Origin: the human T2T-CHM13v2.0 reference genome, Homo sapiens
Length of the DNA stretch: 64,000 nt
Direction: 5' to 3' (one strand)
Assembly (NCBI RefSeq): GCF_009914755.1
Contig: NC_060935.1
Part shown: positions 11,782 to 26,373 of the stretch, piece after piece
How the letters are laid out: every line of letters begins with the position of its first letter
Numbering within the stretch: the first letter of the stretch is position 1
Notes under the pieces: generated by a model
Databases searched by the model: none
The model's input: only the letters and a program-made list of their open reading frames with translations
Told to the model about the DNA's origin: nothing
Position numbers and translations under genes: made by a program

Positions 11782-14700
11782 ATTCAGCTGGCAAGATGGC
11801 TGAATAGGAATAGCTCTGGTCTGCAGTTCCCAATGAGATCAACGCAGAAGGTGGGTGATTTCTGCATTTCCAATTGAGGTACTAAGCTCATCTCATTGGG
11901 ACTGGTTAGACAGTGGGTGCAGCCCATGGAGGGCAAGCTGAAGCAGCATGGGGCATTGCCTCACCCAGGAAGCATAGGGGGTCGGAGAATTCCCTCCCCT
12001 AGCCAAGGGAAGCTGTGAGAGACTGTGTCATGAGGAACAGTGCACACCAGCCCAGATACTACACTTTTCTCAGAGTCTTCACAACCCACAGACCAGGAGA
12101 TTCCCTCAGGTGCCTATGGCACCAGGGCCCTGGGTTTCAAGCAGAAAACTGGGAAGCCATTTGGGCAGACATCCAGCTAGCTGCAGGAGTGTTTTTTCAT
12201 ACCCCAGCTGTGCCTGGAATGCCAGTGAGACAGAACCATTCACTCCCCTAGAAAGGGGGCTGAAGCCAGAGAGCCAAGTGGTCTAGCTCAGCAGATCCCA
12301 CCCCCATGGAGCCCAGCAAGCTATAAGATTCACGAAATTCTCAACAGTCTGAAGTTGACCTGGGATGCTTGAGCTTGGTCAGGGGAGGGGTGTCCACCAT
12401 TACTGAGGATTGAGTCGGTGGTTTACCCTTATAGTGTAAACAAAGCCACCTGGAAGTCTGCAATGGGCAGAGCCCACCGCAGCTCAGCAAAGCTGCTGTA
12501 GCCAGACTGCCTCTCTAGATTCTTCCTCTCTGGGCAGGGCATCTCTGAAAGAAAGACAACAGCCCCAGTCAGGAGCTTATAGATAAAACTCCCATCTCCC
12601 TGGGACAGAGCACCAGGGGGAAGGGGCAGCTGTGGGCACAGCTTCATCAGACTTAAACGTTCCCGCCTGCCAGCTCTGAAGAGAGCAGCAGATCTCCCAG
12701 CGCAGCGCTCAAGCCCTGCTAAGGGACAGACTGCCTCCTCAAGTGGGTCCCTGACCCCCATGCCTCCTGACTGGGACACAACTCCCAGCAGGGAGTTGTC
12801 ACCGACACCTCATAAAGGAGAGCTCTGGCTGGCATCTGGTGGGTGCACCTATGGGACTAAGCTTCAAGGAGGAAACAGGCAGCAATCTTTGCTGTCCTGC
12901 ACCCTCTGCTGGTGATACCCAGGCAAAATGGGTCTGAAGTGGACCTCCAGCAAACTCCAGCAGACCTGCAGCAGAGGGACCTGACTATTAGAAGGAAAAC
13001 TAACAAACAGAAAGGAATAGCATCAACATTAACAAAAAGAATGTCCACACAGAAACCCCATCCAAAGGTCACCAACATCGAAGACCAAAGATAGATAAAT
13101 CCACAAAGATGAGGAAAAAACAGCACAAAAAGGCTGAAAATTCCAAAAACCAGAACACCTCTTCTCCTCCAAAGGATCACAACTCCTCGCCAGCAAGGGA
13201 ACAAAACTGGACGGAGAATGAATATGATGAATTGACAGAAGCAGGCATCAGAAGGTGGGTAATAACTCCTCCAAGCTAAAGGAGCATGTTCTAACCCAAT
13301 GCAAGGAAGCTAAGAACCTTGAAAAAAGGTTAGATGAATTACTAACTAAAATAACCAGTTTAGAGAAGAACATAAATGACCTGATGGAACTGAAAAACAC
13401 AGCACGAGGACTTTGTGAAGCATACAGAAGTATCAATAGCCAAATCAATCAAGCTGAAGAAAGGATATCAGAAATTGAAGATCAACTTAATGAAATAAAG
13501 TGTGAAGACAAGATTAGAGAAAAAAGAATGAAAAGGAACAAACAAAGCCTCCAGCAAATATGGCACCATGTGAAAAGACCAAATATACGTTTGACTGGTG
13601 TACCTGAAAGTGACAGGGAGATGGGAACCAAGTTGTAAAACACTCTTAGGGATATTATCCAGGAGAACTTCCCCAACCTAGGAAGACAGGCCAACATTCA
13701 AATTCAGGAAATAGAGAGAACACCACAAAGATACTCCTCAAGAAGAGAAACCCCAAGACACATAATCATCAGATTCACCAAGGTTGAAATGAAGGAAAAA
13801 ATGTTATGGGCAGCCAGAGAGAAATGTCAGGTTACCCACAAAGGGAAGCCCATCAGACTAACAGTGGATCTCTCAGCAGAAACTCTACAAGCCAGAAGAG
13901 AGTGGGGGCCAACATTCAACATTCAACATTCTTAAAGACAAGAATTTTCAACCCAGAATTTCATATCCAGCCAAACTAAGCTTTATAAGCAAAGGAGAAG
14001 TAAAATCCTTTACAGATAAGCAAATGCTGAGAGATGTTGTCACCACCAGGCCTGCCTTACAAGAGATCCTGAAGGAAGCACTCAATATGGAAAGGAAAAA
14101 ACCCATACAGCCTCTGCAAAAACATACCAAATTGTAAAGACCATCAACACTATGAAGAAGCTGCATCAACTAACAGGCAAAATAACCAGCTAGCATCATA
14201 ATAACAGGATCAAATTTACACATAACAATATTAACCTTAAATATAAATGGGCTAAATGCCCCAGTTAAAAGACACAGACTGGCAAATTGGATAAAGAGTC
14301 AAGACCCATCAGTGTGCTGTATTCAGGAGACCCATCTCACTTGCAAAGTCACACATAGGCTCAAAATAAAGGGATGGAGAAAGATTTACCAAGCAAATGA
14401 AGAGCAAAAAAAAGCAGGGGTTGCAATCCTAGTCTCTGATAAGACAGACTTTAAACCAACAAAGATCAAAAAAGACAAAGAAGGGTATTACATAATGGTA
14501 AAGGGATCAATGCAAAAAGAAGAGCTAACTATCCTAAATATATATGCACCCAATACAGGAGCACCCATATTCATAAAGCAAGTCCTTAGAGATCTACAAA
14601 GAGACTTAGACTCCCACACAATAATAGTGGGAGACTTTAACACCCCACTATCAATATTGGACAAAGGAACAAGACAGAAAATTAACAAGGATATTCAGGA

Positions 14701-17700
14701 CTTAAACTCAGCTCTGGACCAAGCAGACCTAATAAACATCTACAGAACTCTCCACCCCAAATCAACAAATGTACATTTTTCTCAGCATCACATCACACTT
14801 ATTCTAAAACTGACCACATAATTGGAAGTAAAACGCTCCTCAACAAATGCAAAATAATGGAAGTAATAACAAACAGTCTCTCACACCACAGTGCAATCAA
14901 ACTAGAACTCAGGATTGAGAAACTCACTCGAAACCACACAACTACATGGAAACTGAAAAACCTGCTCCTGAATGACTACTGGGTAAATAATGAAATTAAG
15001 GCAGAAATAAATAAGTTCTTTGAAATCAATGAGAACAAAGAGACAACATACTAGAACCTCTGGGACACATTTAAAGCAGTGTTTAGAAGGAAATTTATAG
15101 CACTAAATGCCCACCGGAGAAAGCGGGAAAGATCTAAATTCAACACCATAAAATCACAATTAAAAGAACTAGAGAAGTCAGAGCAAACAAATTCAAAAGC
15201 TAGCAGAAGACAAGAAATAACTAAGACCACAATAGAAATGAAGGAGATAGAGAAACAAAAACCCTTCAAAAAATCAATGAATCCAGGAGCTGGTGTTTTG
15301 AAAAGATTAACAAAATAGATAAACCACTAGCCAGACTAATAAAGAAGAAAAGAGAGAAGAATCAAATAGACACAATAAAAAATGATAAAGGGGATATCAC
15401 TACTGATCCCACAGAAATACAAACTACCACCAGAGAATACTGTAAACACCTCTTTGCAAATAAACTAGAAAATCTAGAAGAAATGGATAAACTCCAGGAC
15501 ATCTATACCCTCCCAAGAATAAACCAAGAAGAATTTGAATCCCTGAATAAACCAATAACAAGTTCTGAAACTGAGGAAGTAATTAATAGCCTACCAACCA
15601 AAAGAAGCCCAGGACCAGACAGATTCACAGCCGAATTCTACCAGAGGTACAAAGAGGAGATGGTACCATTCCTTCTGAAACTATTCCAAACATTAGAGAA
15701 AGAGGGACTCCTCCCTAACTCATTTTAAGAGGCCAACATCATCCTGATACCAAAACCTGGCAGAGGCACAACAAAAAAAGAAAATTTCAGGCCAATATCC
15801 CTGATGAATATCACTGGGAGAATCCTCAATAAAATACTGGCAATTCAAATCCAGCAGCACATCAAAAAGCTTATCCAAAATGATCAAGTCAGCTTCATCC
15901 CTGGGATTCAAGGCTGGTTCAACATATGCAGATCAATAAACATAATCCATCACATAAACAGAATCAATGACAAAAACCACATGATTATCTCAATATATGC
16001 AGAAAAGGAGTTTAATAAAATTCAACAACGCTTCATGCTAAAAACTCTCAATGAAATAGGTACTGATGGAACATATCTCAAAATAGTAAGAGTTATTTAG
16101 GATAAACACACAGCTAATATCATACTAAATGGGCAAAAACTGGAAGCATCCCCTTTGAAAACTGGCACAAGACAAGGATGCCCTCCATCACCATTTCTAT
16201 TAAAAATAGTATCGGAAGTTTTGGCCAGGGCAATCAGGCAAGAGAAAGAAATAAATGGTATTCAAATAGGAAGAGAGGAAGTAAAATTGTCTCTGTTTGC
16301 ACATGACATGATTGTATATTTAGAAAACCCCATTGTCTCAGCCCAAAACCTCCTTAAGCTGATAAGCAACTTCAGCAAAGTTTCAGGATACAAAAATCAA
16401 TGGGCAAAAATTACAAGCATTCATATATACCAATAATAGACAAACAGAGAGCCAAATCATGAGTGAACTCCCATTCACAATTGCCACAAACAGAATAAAA
16501 TACCTAGGAATAGAACTTACAAGGGATGTGAAGGACCTCCTCAAAGAGAACTACAAACTACTGCTCCAGGAAATAAGAGAGGACACAAACAAATGGAAAA
16601 ACATTCCATGCTCTTGGATAGGAAGAATCAATATCATGAAAACTGCCATACTGCCCAAAGTAATTAATAGATTCAATGCTCTCCTCATCAAGCTGTCATT
16701 GACTTTCTTCACAGAATTATAAAAAACTACTTTAAATTTCATGTGGAACCAAAAAAGAGCCCGCATAGCCAAGACAATCCTAAGCAAAAAGAACAAACCT
16801 GGAGGCATCACGCTACCTGAACTCAAATTCTACTATAAGGCTACAGTAACCAAAACAGCATGGTACTGGTACCAAAACAGAGATACCGACCAATGGAGCA
16901 GAACAGAGACCTCAGAAATAACACCACACATGTAAAACCATCTGATCTTTGACAAACCTGACAAAAACAAGAAATGGGGAAAGGATTCCCTATTTAATAA
17001 ATGGTATTGGGAAAACTGACTAGCTATATGCAGAAAACAGCAACTGGACCCCTTCCTTACACCTTATACAAAAATTAACTCAAGATGGATTTAAGACTTA
17101 AACGTAAGACCTAAAACCATAAAAACCCTGGAAGAAAACCTAGGCAATACCATTCAGGACATAGGCATGGGCAAAAACTTCATTACTAAAACACCAAAAG
17201 CAATGGCAACAAAAGCCAAAATTGGAAAATGGGATCTAATTAAACTAAAGATCTTCTGCACAGTGAAAGAAACTATCATCATAGTGAACAGCCAACCTAC
17301 AGAATGGGAGAAAATGTTTGCAATCTATCCATCTGACAAAGGGCTAATATCCAGAATCTACAAAGAACTTAAACAAATTTACAAGAAAAAAACAACCCCA
17401 TCAAAAAGTGGGCAAAGGATATGAACAGACACTTCCCCAAAAGAAGACATTTATGCAGCCAACAAATGTATGAAAAAAAGCTCATCATCACTGGTCATTA
17501 GGGAAATGTAAATCAAAACCACAAAACCATCTCATGCCAGTTAGAATGGCGATCATTAAAAGTCAGGAAACAACAGATGCTGGAGAGGATGTGGAGAAAT
17601 AGGAATACTTTTACACTGTTGATGGGAGTGTAAATTAGTTCAACCTTTGTGGAGGACAGTGTGGTGATTCCTCAAGGATATAGAACTGGAAATATCATTT

Positions 17701-18224
17701 AACCCAGCAATCCTATTACTGGGTATATATCCAGAGGATTATAAATCACTGTACTATAAAGACACATGAACATGTATGTTTACTGCAGCACTATTCACAA
17801 TAGCAAAGACTTGGAACCAACCCAAATGCCCATCAATGATAGCCTGGATGAAGAAAATGTGGCACATATATGCCATGGAATACTATGCAGCCATAAAAAA
17901 GGATGAGTTCATGTCCTTTGCAGGGACATGGATGAAGCTGGAAACCATCATTCTCAGCAAACTAACACAGGAACAGAAACCAAACACCACATGTTCTCAC
18001 TCATAAGTGGAAGTTGAACAAGGAAAACACATGGACACAGGGAGGGGAGCATTACACACTGGGGCCTGCCAGGGAGTGGGGTCCTAGGGGAGGAATAGCA
18101 TTAGGAGAAATACCTAATGTAGATGACGGGTTGATGGGTGCAGCAAACCACCATGGCATGTGTATTCCTATGTAACAAACCTGCACGTTCTACACATGTA
18201 TCCCAGAACTTAAAGTATAATAAA
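11782..18224 (+). mobile_element. Full-length LINE-1, L1PA7/8-like, inactive
   Basis: 5'UTR starts ...caagatggctgaatagg; ORF1 ATG at 13109; ORF1 and ORF2 (EN, RT, C-terminal) pieces in many frames; 3'UTR and short A tail. TSD aaaaagaaaatct at 11769-11781 and 18225-18237. RT motif is FAHD instead of FADD, plus several stops and frameshifts. Confidence 0.96.
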
Positions 18225-19504
18225 AAAAAGAAAATCTGATATAAAATTACACTGCACAGCATTTTAATGCCTACTTCCAAGATGTTTGCATTATAGTTGC
18301 ATTATTTTAAAAATTTTTTCATCTCTAATCATTTTCTTTTCATTTTACAACTTCCCATATCTCTCCAAATGTGGCTGTCCAGCAGGGATATGTAAAATCA
18401 CACTTACTGGATAGTTACTAGACACTTATTTAACATACTGGTATTTGAAAAGTGTACAGTAAGTCTACAGAAGAGAATCTTTAGAAGCAATTGTCCATAC
18501 TGAGTAACAACTGTGTTTTTGTTTTAAAGTCTAATGACCTCTATTGACCTGTTTTGAAATATAGAAATCAGTAAAATATTTGCACGCAGTAACCTTAAAA
18601 CTCAACCAGAATATTATGAGGGTAAAGTGGTTCATTTTATTGTGTAGGTAAATGAAATTTGAGTTTTTGTATGAAACACTGTAATATCAGAAGGAGAAAA
18701 TTTGTTTATCTATATGCAGAATTTAATTCAGAATTTATTTGATATTTAGGCTCCTGCATTGTTAGACCTCAGTTTGATCATTATAGTGTCTATAAACATA
18801 TTTATTATGCATATATACATATTTATTTTGTATTATAGATAATTGCTCATATCAGCCTCATTCCTGGATCCATTATAACCCTGTGATACCTTTAAAGACC
18901 TCAAAATTGGAGAATTTCTAGGTATGGTAGTTAATTCAGGAAGGACACATTTAAACCACATGAGCAGATTTACTCAAAAATTCTTATAACCTTCAACCCT
19001 GTGCTTCAATCTTATTCTTAGTATGACAGCTTAAATCTTTGGCTCTGCAGCCAGGAGATGACCTCACCTTCAGATCTGGTGTTGTGCACTCATCTAATTC
19101 ATCCTCTTGCCTACAGCCATGCTCCCTGTCTGCTCTTGCCACACTATCCATGCAGCTTACTTTTGGAGAGGTTTTCCTTGTGGATACATTGCAATACATG
19201 TGTGTTTTACTACTCATCCTATGCCCATAGCAATCCAGTACCTATCTTCTACCTGCTACATCCATGCTTCGCTAGTTACACTTATGTTCTGATTCTCACC
19301 TATGGTTTTCTTTCTCAGTTCACCTGTTTTTACTTTTTGTTTATATATATACATATGTGTGTATATATATATGTATATAAAAACATACATAATCATGTAT
19401 GTGGAGGATTTAGGCATTTGAATTATTTTTGTGTTTGTTTTAGAAGTCCCTACTGTAAAGTTGCATCTTTATCTTTCTAATATTATTTGAATGCTAGAAA
19501 TATT

Positions 19505-20360
19505 TTTAAATTTTTATTTTACTTTAAGTTCTGCAATACATGAGCAGAACGTGCAGGTTTGTTACACAGGTATATGGGTGCCATGGTGGTTTGCTGTGCC
19601 TATCAACCTGTCATCTAGGTTTTAAGCCCCACATGCATTAGGTGTTTGTCCTGATGCTCTCTCCTCCCCTCATCCCCTGACAGACCCCAGTATGTGTTGT
19701 TTCTCTCCCTGTGTCCATGTGTCCTCATTTTTCAGTTCCCACTTATCAGGGAGAACATGTGGCATTTGGTTTTCTGTTCCTGTGTTAGTTTGTCGAGGAT
19801 GATGGCTTCCAGTTTCATCCACGTCCTGGCAAAGGATGTGAACTCATTCTTTTTTCATGACTACATAATACTCCATGGTGTATATGTGCCACATTTCCTT
19901 TATCCAGTCTATTATTTATGGGCATTTGGGTTGCTTCCATGTCTCTGCTAATGTCAATAGTGCTGCAATAAACATATGTGTACATGTATCTTTATAGTAG
20001 AATGATTTGTATTCCTTTGGGTATGTACCCAGTAATGCGATTGCTGGGTCAAATGGTATTTCTGGTTCTAGATCCTTGAGAAATCACCACACTGTCTTCC
20101 CCAAGGGTCGAGCTAATTTACATTCCCACCAACAGTATAAAAGTGTTCCTATTTCTCCACAGCCTCACCAACATCTGTTTTTTCTTGACTTTTTAGTAAT
20201 CGCCATTCTGACTGGCATGAGATGGTATCTCATTGTAATTCTGATTTGCATTTCTCTAATGATAAGTGATGTTGTGGGGTTTTTTTATATGTTTGTTGGC
20301 CACATAAATGTCTTTTTTTGAGAAGTGTTTGCTCATATCCTTTGCCCACTTTTTGATAGT
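19505..20360 (-). mobile_element. 5'-truncated L1PA (about PA8-10) 3' fragment
   Basis: Antisense L1PA 3'UTR (tactttaagttctg...aacgtgcaggtttgttacacagg) through ORF2 C-terminal sequence. Confidence 0.92.
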
Positions 20361-21390
20361 GATATTTTTCAGAGTTCTTTTTTAATTCAATTCAGCAAGA
20401 ACAACACTTCTAAAAACCCAAGAATTGTGCTGTACTTATACAAAAGTTTTCCTTCAGAAAACGATTTCTGCAAGTGATCAATTGTATTTACCCTTCATGG
20501 TGCTAGGGCTATCACTAGATGTGTCCTCTTCTAACTCATTTCTCCAAAACGCACCATTAATTGCAGCTATTGGCAGAGGCATGCTGTCCTCAGGGAAAGC
20601 CTGATGAGGAGCTGTCCACAAGGTTTGCATGCTCCAAAATAGCTCTTTTAGATGCTTCCTGGTTTTAGTACCATGCTCATTCTCACAATTTCTTTCATGC
20701 CTGTGATGGGGAAATAAGTCTCTCTGGAGCCACACCAGCTCCACTAGGTCATGGGCCTTTTGGTTTCATAGTTGCTCCCTCATTCTAAATTAATTTCAAT
20801 CAAAATTAACTCTAATTTAACAATATCCATTAGAAAAAAAATGAATCTGGAGTTTAAACTCGCTGACACAGTTAATGCAATTGATAATCTACTACTTGAA
20901 AAGCATTTAAAATATACCAAAATGAGCATAAAAAATAATGTCTCATTTTTGGCAAATGAAGTGAGAGGTTCCACATGAACCCTCTAGCTGAGCACATCTT
21001 GGATTTAACGTATGAATACCGCCTCCTGCAAATGAGACTAAAATGTAAATGGGAATAACTTGTTTATTTTGAAAAAAGTATGCAAACAGCCATAACATCT
21101 CACTTGCAGACCTCTTTTCCACTCAAGCAAATGGCTTTTGACTTAGAAACCTGACTTTCTTTTTTATATTACTGAGAAGCATTAGCTGACATAGTTTTTG
21201 ATTATGTCTACTTAGGAATATAAAATTGCCTATAATCATAGAATTCATTGGTCTTTGTTTACTTAACTCAGATATGCTTCTTAAATATTCTATCAGTGGA
21301 TATGTCTTCTATCTGTGGATATGTTTTGCACAGATTGGTTACATTTTTCAACTGAACAGATTTATTTGGTATTTTATTAATTAAATTGGT

Positions 21391-21518
21391 GGCTGGATTT
21401 GGGTGGCTCATACTTGTGGTCTCAGCACTTTGGGACATCCTGAGGTGGGAGGATCACTTAGGGCCAGGAGATTGAGACGAGCCTGGACAACAGAAGGAGA
21501 TCTTGTCTCAAAATAAAC
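21391..21518 (+). mobile_element. Alu left monomer (FLAM-like)
   Basis: Single diverged left arm (ggtggctcatac...cagcactttggga...ggatcacttagggccaggag) ending in a short A tract. Confidence 0.75.
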
Positions 21519-22400
21519 AGTCTTAGATGTGATTCTTTTGCTTGGAAAGGCAGTTCAAAAAGATGCTTTCCCTGAGTCACTATAAGGTCTTCCACTGTCT
21601 TTCGTTGCTGTCATGTTCTCTCTGATGCACAATGTTTTCTTTGAAACCAAGTTGTCCCTAAAGTTCTGGAAATAATAACTTTATAAAAAGATGCTGCAAG
21701 ACTTTTAAAATACTTACTTTGGTATAAATCCTCCATTATCCTTAATCTCCATAATATTGCATTTCAAATCAAAACCCTAATTGTATAAAAGAGAAAGTTT
21801 TTACTTTCTTTCATATTGCATTATATTTCACCAAAAATAATAATACCTTCAATTAATACTTATAATTATTTTATATCTCTTACAAGCAACAGGGAATTTA
21901 GAATTTCCAAATCTTTTTTTTTTTTTTTTCACTTTAAAGAGAGGAATGAAGGGTGGTGGAAAGGATATGGACTTGGAAAGGGAGTCTTTAAAATCTCTAG
22001 TTATGACCAAGAGGATATAAATATGCATAACTTTGGAAGGAAGATTATTTTTATATGTATTTTACATAAAGCTTATAATAATTACATCAAGATTCAAGCA
22101 GAATTAATTAATATTGCCAATTCTGATCACACTAGGCAATTTGAACTCTCATTCATTTAATAAAAGTTTACCAAGCGCCTTTTAGGAAGTGTTCTAGGCA
22201 CATGCAGTGTATCAATGAACAACACCAAATAAATAAATCCTTGCCCTTGTGAAGACTGTATTCTTACAGGTGAAGACAAACAATAAACAGAGAACATAAT
22301 AAGAAAGTAAATTATATAGTATCTTAGAAGTTGATGAGTACTATGGGGGAAAATAAATTAAATGGAGTAAGAGGAATCAGAAGTACTATGGCAGGGTCAG

Positions 22401-22536
22401 TGTATCAGTCAACTCAGGCTGCTATAACAAAATTCCATGGACTGAGTGGATTAAACAACAGAAATTTACTTTATTACAGTTCTAGAGGTTGGGAGTTCCA
22501 ACATCAAGTGGCCTTCTTTGTTTTCACATGAATCAA

Positions 22537-22570
<34 letters not shown>

Positions 22571-22753
22571 AGAGAAAGAGAGAGTGAGCAAGCTCAAGTG
22601 TCCCATCCTATAAGGACACTAAGATCACAGCCCCACTCTTATGACATCATTTAACTTTAATTACTTCCTTAGAAGCTCTATCACCAAATGCAACCACATT
22701 AGGGGTTAGGACTTTAATAGATGAATTTCAGGAGGACACATTAGTCCATAGCA
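22401..22753 (-). mobile_element. MLT1A/B/C-like MaLR solo LTR nested in L2
   Basis: tgtatcagtc...ggctgctataacaaaattccat...ttaaacaacagaaattta; ends ...gtccatagca (TG...CA termini). Confidence 0.8.
22538..22584. repeat. Compound (CA)15-(GA)n microsatellite
   Basis: Seen directly. Confidence 0.95.
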
Positions 22754-25700
22754 GGAAGGTTGTAATTTGAAATAGAGTGGTCAGGGTATGCCTTACCGAG
22801 AAGGTATATTTGCATGAATTTTATAAGAGGTATGAACTTAGCTATCCCAATATCTAGGGGAAGGCAGCCCAGGTATAAGGAGCAACTAGAGCAAAAGTAT
22901 TAAGAACATGATATGCAAGAGCATTAGAGGATCAGTGAGGCAGGAGCAGAATGAGGTTTAGGGAGAAATGTAGATGAGTTTTGAGAGATATTGGCAAGAC
23001 CAGATCATACAGTACTTGGGTTTTCACCGTCAGAGAAATAAGACGTCGGAGGATTGCTTTTCTAAGTCTTATGTTTTAATACAGTCATTCAAGCTATGTG
23101 AAAAAATAGACTTATGGGAGGGGTAAGTGAAGAGTGACTAAACTATTTAGGAAGCTGTTATTATGATTGAGAGATGATGGTGCTTCAATGTGACAGAAGC
23201 TTGGTGACGCAGGTCACTGATGCTTTTATGACAGAGGTCATAAAAATGGTCAGAATTTGAAACTATTTGGGTGGTAAAACCAACAGCATTTGCTGAAAAA
23301 CTGGATGTAAACAGTATGAGAGAAAAAGAATTCAAGGATGACTGTAAGATTTTTGACCTAACCAACTTAAGAATGGAGTTACCGTTAAGTGACATGGAGA
23401 AGCCTGAGAAACCTTCATAATTGGAACAGATTGGGTAGGAATGAGATAAAGAGTTCCATTTGAGACACATTAAGTTGATGTATCTGTTAGACATCCAAAT
23501 GGGATTTCAGGTAGGCATTTGGATATATAAGTATGGTGTTTAAGTGAGAGGTTTAGCGTAAAGTTATTGGCATATAAATAATTTAAAATATGAGACTGTA
23601 TGTCAACTCCAAGAAAGTAAGTATAAAATAAAGAATAAAAATTATGAAAATAACACCCTGGAGCATTGTAACAGTAAGAAGTTGTGGAGAAGAGAACCAG
23701 CCAAAGGCGGCAGAATGAAAGCAATCATTGAGGTAAAAGGAAAACCAAAATAATGTCATGCCATGGAAAATAAAGGAATAAAGCCTATCAAAGAAAAGGG
23801 CCTAATGAGCTGTGTCAAATGCTACTGAGATGTCAAGTAAAATGAAGACTGAGAATTGATCATTAGTTTTAGCTATATGGAGGTCATTGGTAACCTTGAC
23901 AATAGCAGTTTTTATGTAATGGTAGGCATCAGCATCAAAGTCCATCAAGAATGAGTTCCAGAGACAATAGGAGAAAAATTAATATAGACAACTCTTCCAA
24001 GAAATCTTTCTGCCAAGATAAGTGGAGATATCAACATAGTTTGAAGTCATAGATGCCATAATTTTCTAATGGATTGGAGTGAGACAGGGGAGAAAGAAAG
24101 GAGTCCAGGACGGCCCGAAGATTTGGGATACAACATCTGTAAGAAAGCAATTGTCATTCCCCGTATAAGAATACCGCAGAAATCTATTCAAATAGTAATG
24201 TCTATTAATAATATGCCACTGAACATATGAGTCTGAAATCTAGGGAAGAGGTTCATTAAAAATATTAGTTAACAGCATAGAGAGTATCTAAAACCATGAG
24301 GCTGGATAAATCACCATGGAATAAGAAAATGGAAAACAGTAGAGCCATTTGCATCAGGAAGACAAAACGAAATCAGCAATGGAGACTGATAAGGCGTAGT
24401 CAGGTGGGAGAGAAACAGAAGTTAAGTTTTGAAAAGTGTTTCAAAGGATGATCAACTGTGTCAAAGGATGATGATAGTTCAAGTGAGATGAGTAATAGAG
24501 ATCTGGCCTTAAGGTTTCAGTAACAGAGACCATTCACTGGTAATCTTGACAGAAGCCAGTATGATGGAAAACTGGAGGTAAGAGTCTGAATAGCATGGGT
24601 TCAAAAGAGAATGGAAGAAAAATAATTGCAGACAGTAAGTAATAGCACAAACAGTTCTCAAAAGAGTCAGAGAAACTGAGCGAAGGCTGGAAGGAGAGGA
24701 AATGTTAAGAGACCTTAGTTTTGTTTTTCAGAGAAAAACACCTGCATGCTTGTATGCTGATGGGAAACATCCATTAGAGATGTGGGAGAGAGAGGAAAAA
24801 AGGGCTGGTTCTTTTTCTCCGTGATATCTTAAGAGGTCCACCCCTTAATAAGGGTAAAATTTCTTTAGTTTCTATTGGAGTAAAAAGTTGTAGGAATGCC
24901 CAGAGAGGAGATTAAGTATATAGGGGATTTTGCTAATGACAGATCATAAATTCCAACTGTCACAGTGGAAGAACTTCAAGAATGAGGGAGAGATATGTGC
25001 TGGGCAGAAGAGGAAATTGGCAGAATTCTCAGGAGGTTAGAATAAAAGGGCTGAGCATGGTCCAGATGTCTGGAGTTACTTGAGATGACTTATATAAGTA
25101 AATGAAACAGTGATGTTAAGTCCTGGTGCTCCCAATGCAAGTGTTGGTGATACAGTGTAGGTTCTGGGCTAGAGAAGGCTGAGCATGATCTGGGAATGCC
25201 TTCTTCTCTTTTGTATGTTTGTCAAGCATAGCTCGGCATTTCACCAAGCTGTGGTCTGACAGTGGCCTTTCCCTCACCCACCTCTTAGACTCCAAGCGTA
25301 CTGCTCAGTTGCCAGTGCAGCAAGAGGGAACAGAGTTGTTTTTTGTTTGTTTGTTTTTTTCCATGTCTTCATGTCACTGCTTTAAAAAAACACATCAGCC
25401 CTGCAGTGCTGTGAGATTTGTCGGGCAGCTCACACTGCCTATGCTCTGAGCATTCACCTTTCACAGAGCTACTTATTTGGTAACATTCTTTTGGTACCTT
25501 TCAGAAGAGATTTTCATGGAAAATCCAAGGCGATTTCATTCCACCTTGCTGTGGTAAAAACAGAATTGAGTCCTCAAATCAAAATCCCCAACTCCCACCC
25601 CGGCTCTACTGCCATGCCTACAAAGAAATCCAAGAATGATATAAATCCAGAGGATCTTTGCATGCTGTAAGGGAGATTCTCCACATTCTGCCTTTTCACT

Positions 25701-26373
25701 CCTGTAACAAATGTTTAGAAACATTTCCTAGACAGCAGAGATGAGTGAACAAGAAAAGCAGTCCCAAATAAAGCATGCATGCCATGTAAAAATACTTCAC
25801 TAATGGTAATTGTATTGACAAACAATGTTATGCCCTGACAAAAATTTAAATGTAGTACAAAAATGTAAAGGTAGTACAAAAATCACTCTAAGAATTCAAT
25901 GTTTCTACTCAGATATCACAAACTGTGTTTTTAAATTAGAGAGATATATTCTTAATTTGCTGCTTGGAATTACCAAGTGACTAAACATGTTTGCCAGAAC
26001 TGGGAGAGCAAACTGCTCAAGAAATTTCCTAGAAAATGAAAGAAAACTGTTTAAATTATAGTTCTAATTGGCCCCTTATCTGGGGCTGAGGGATTGATGA
26101 AATAATTATTAGTGTACATAATGGTGAGGTTTGTGTAAAGATAAAATGAAAGAGTCCTAATTAACTCCAACAAACTTTGACATATGTAAGTGCTTACTCC
26201 CTGAAGATTGATTTTCATTTTACTAATGACACTGGAGGTGACACCATGACCACGTGTCGTGAGGAAATATGCATTAGCCTTCTGATTCTGTCAGTAGCAT
26301 TAATATTCTTGATTGCCATTTGTAGCATTTTTCTAGTCCTCATAATGACATGAAATTTCCTTCCTTTCTATAG

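Larger units (their letters stand above)
22145..24780 (-). mobile_element. L2 element, interrupted by an MLT1 LTR
   Basis: Begins with the reverse-complement L2 3' end; long purine-rich L2 body with typical motifs (gtgtcaaatgctactgaga, ggaggtcattggtaaccttgacaatagcagttt). Confidence 0.75.

Noticed and set aside
18993-19480. Cluster of four overlapping ORFs up to 140 aa
   Set aside because: No recognisable domain, partly TA/TG low-complexity sequence, no splice support.
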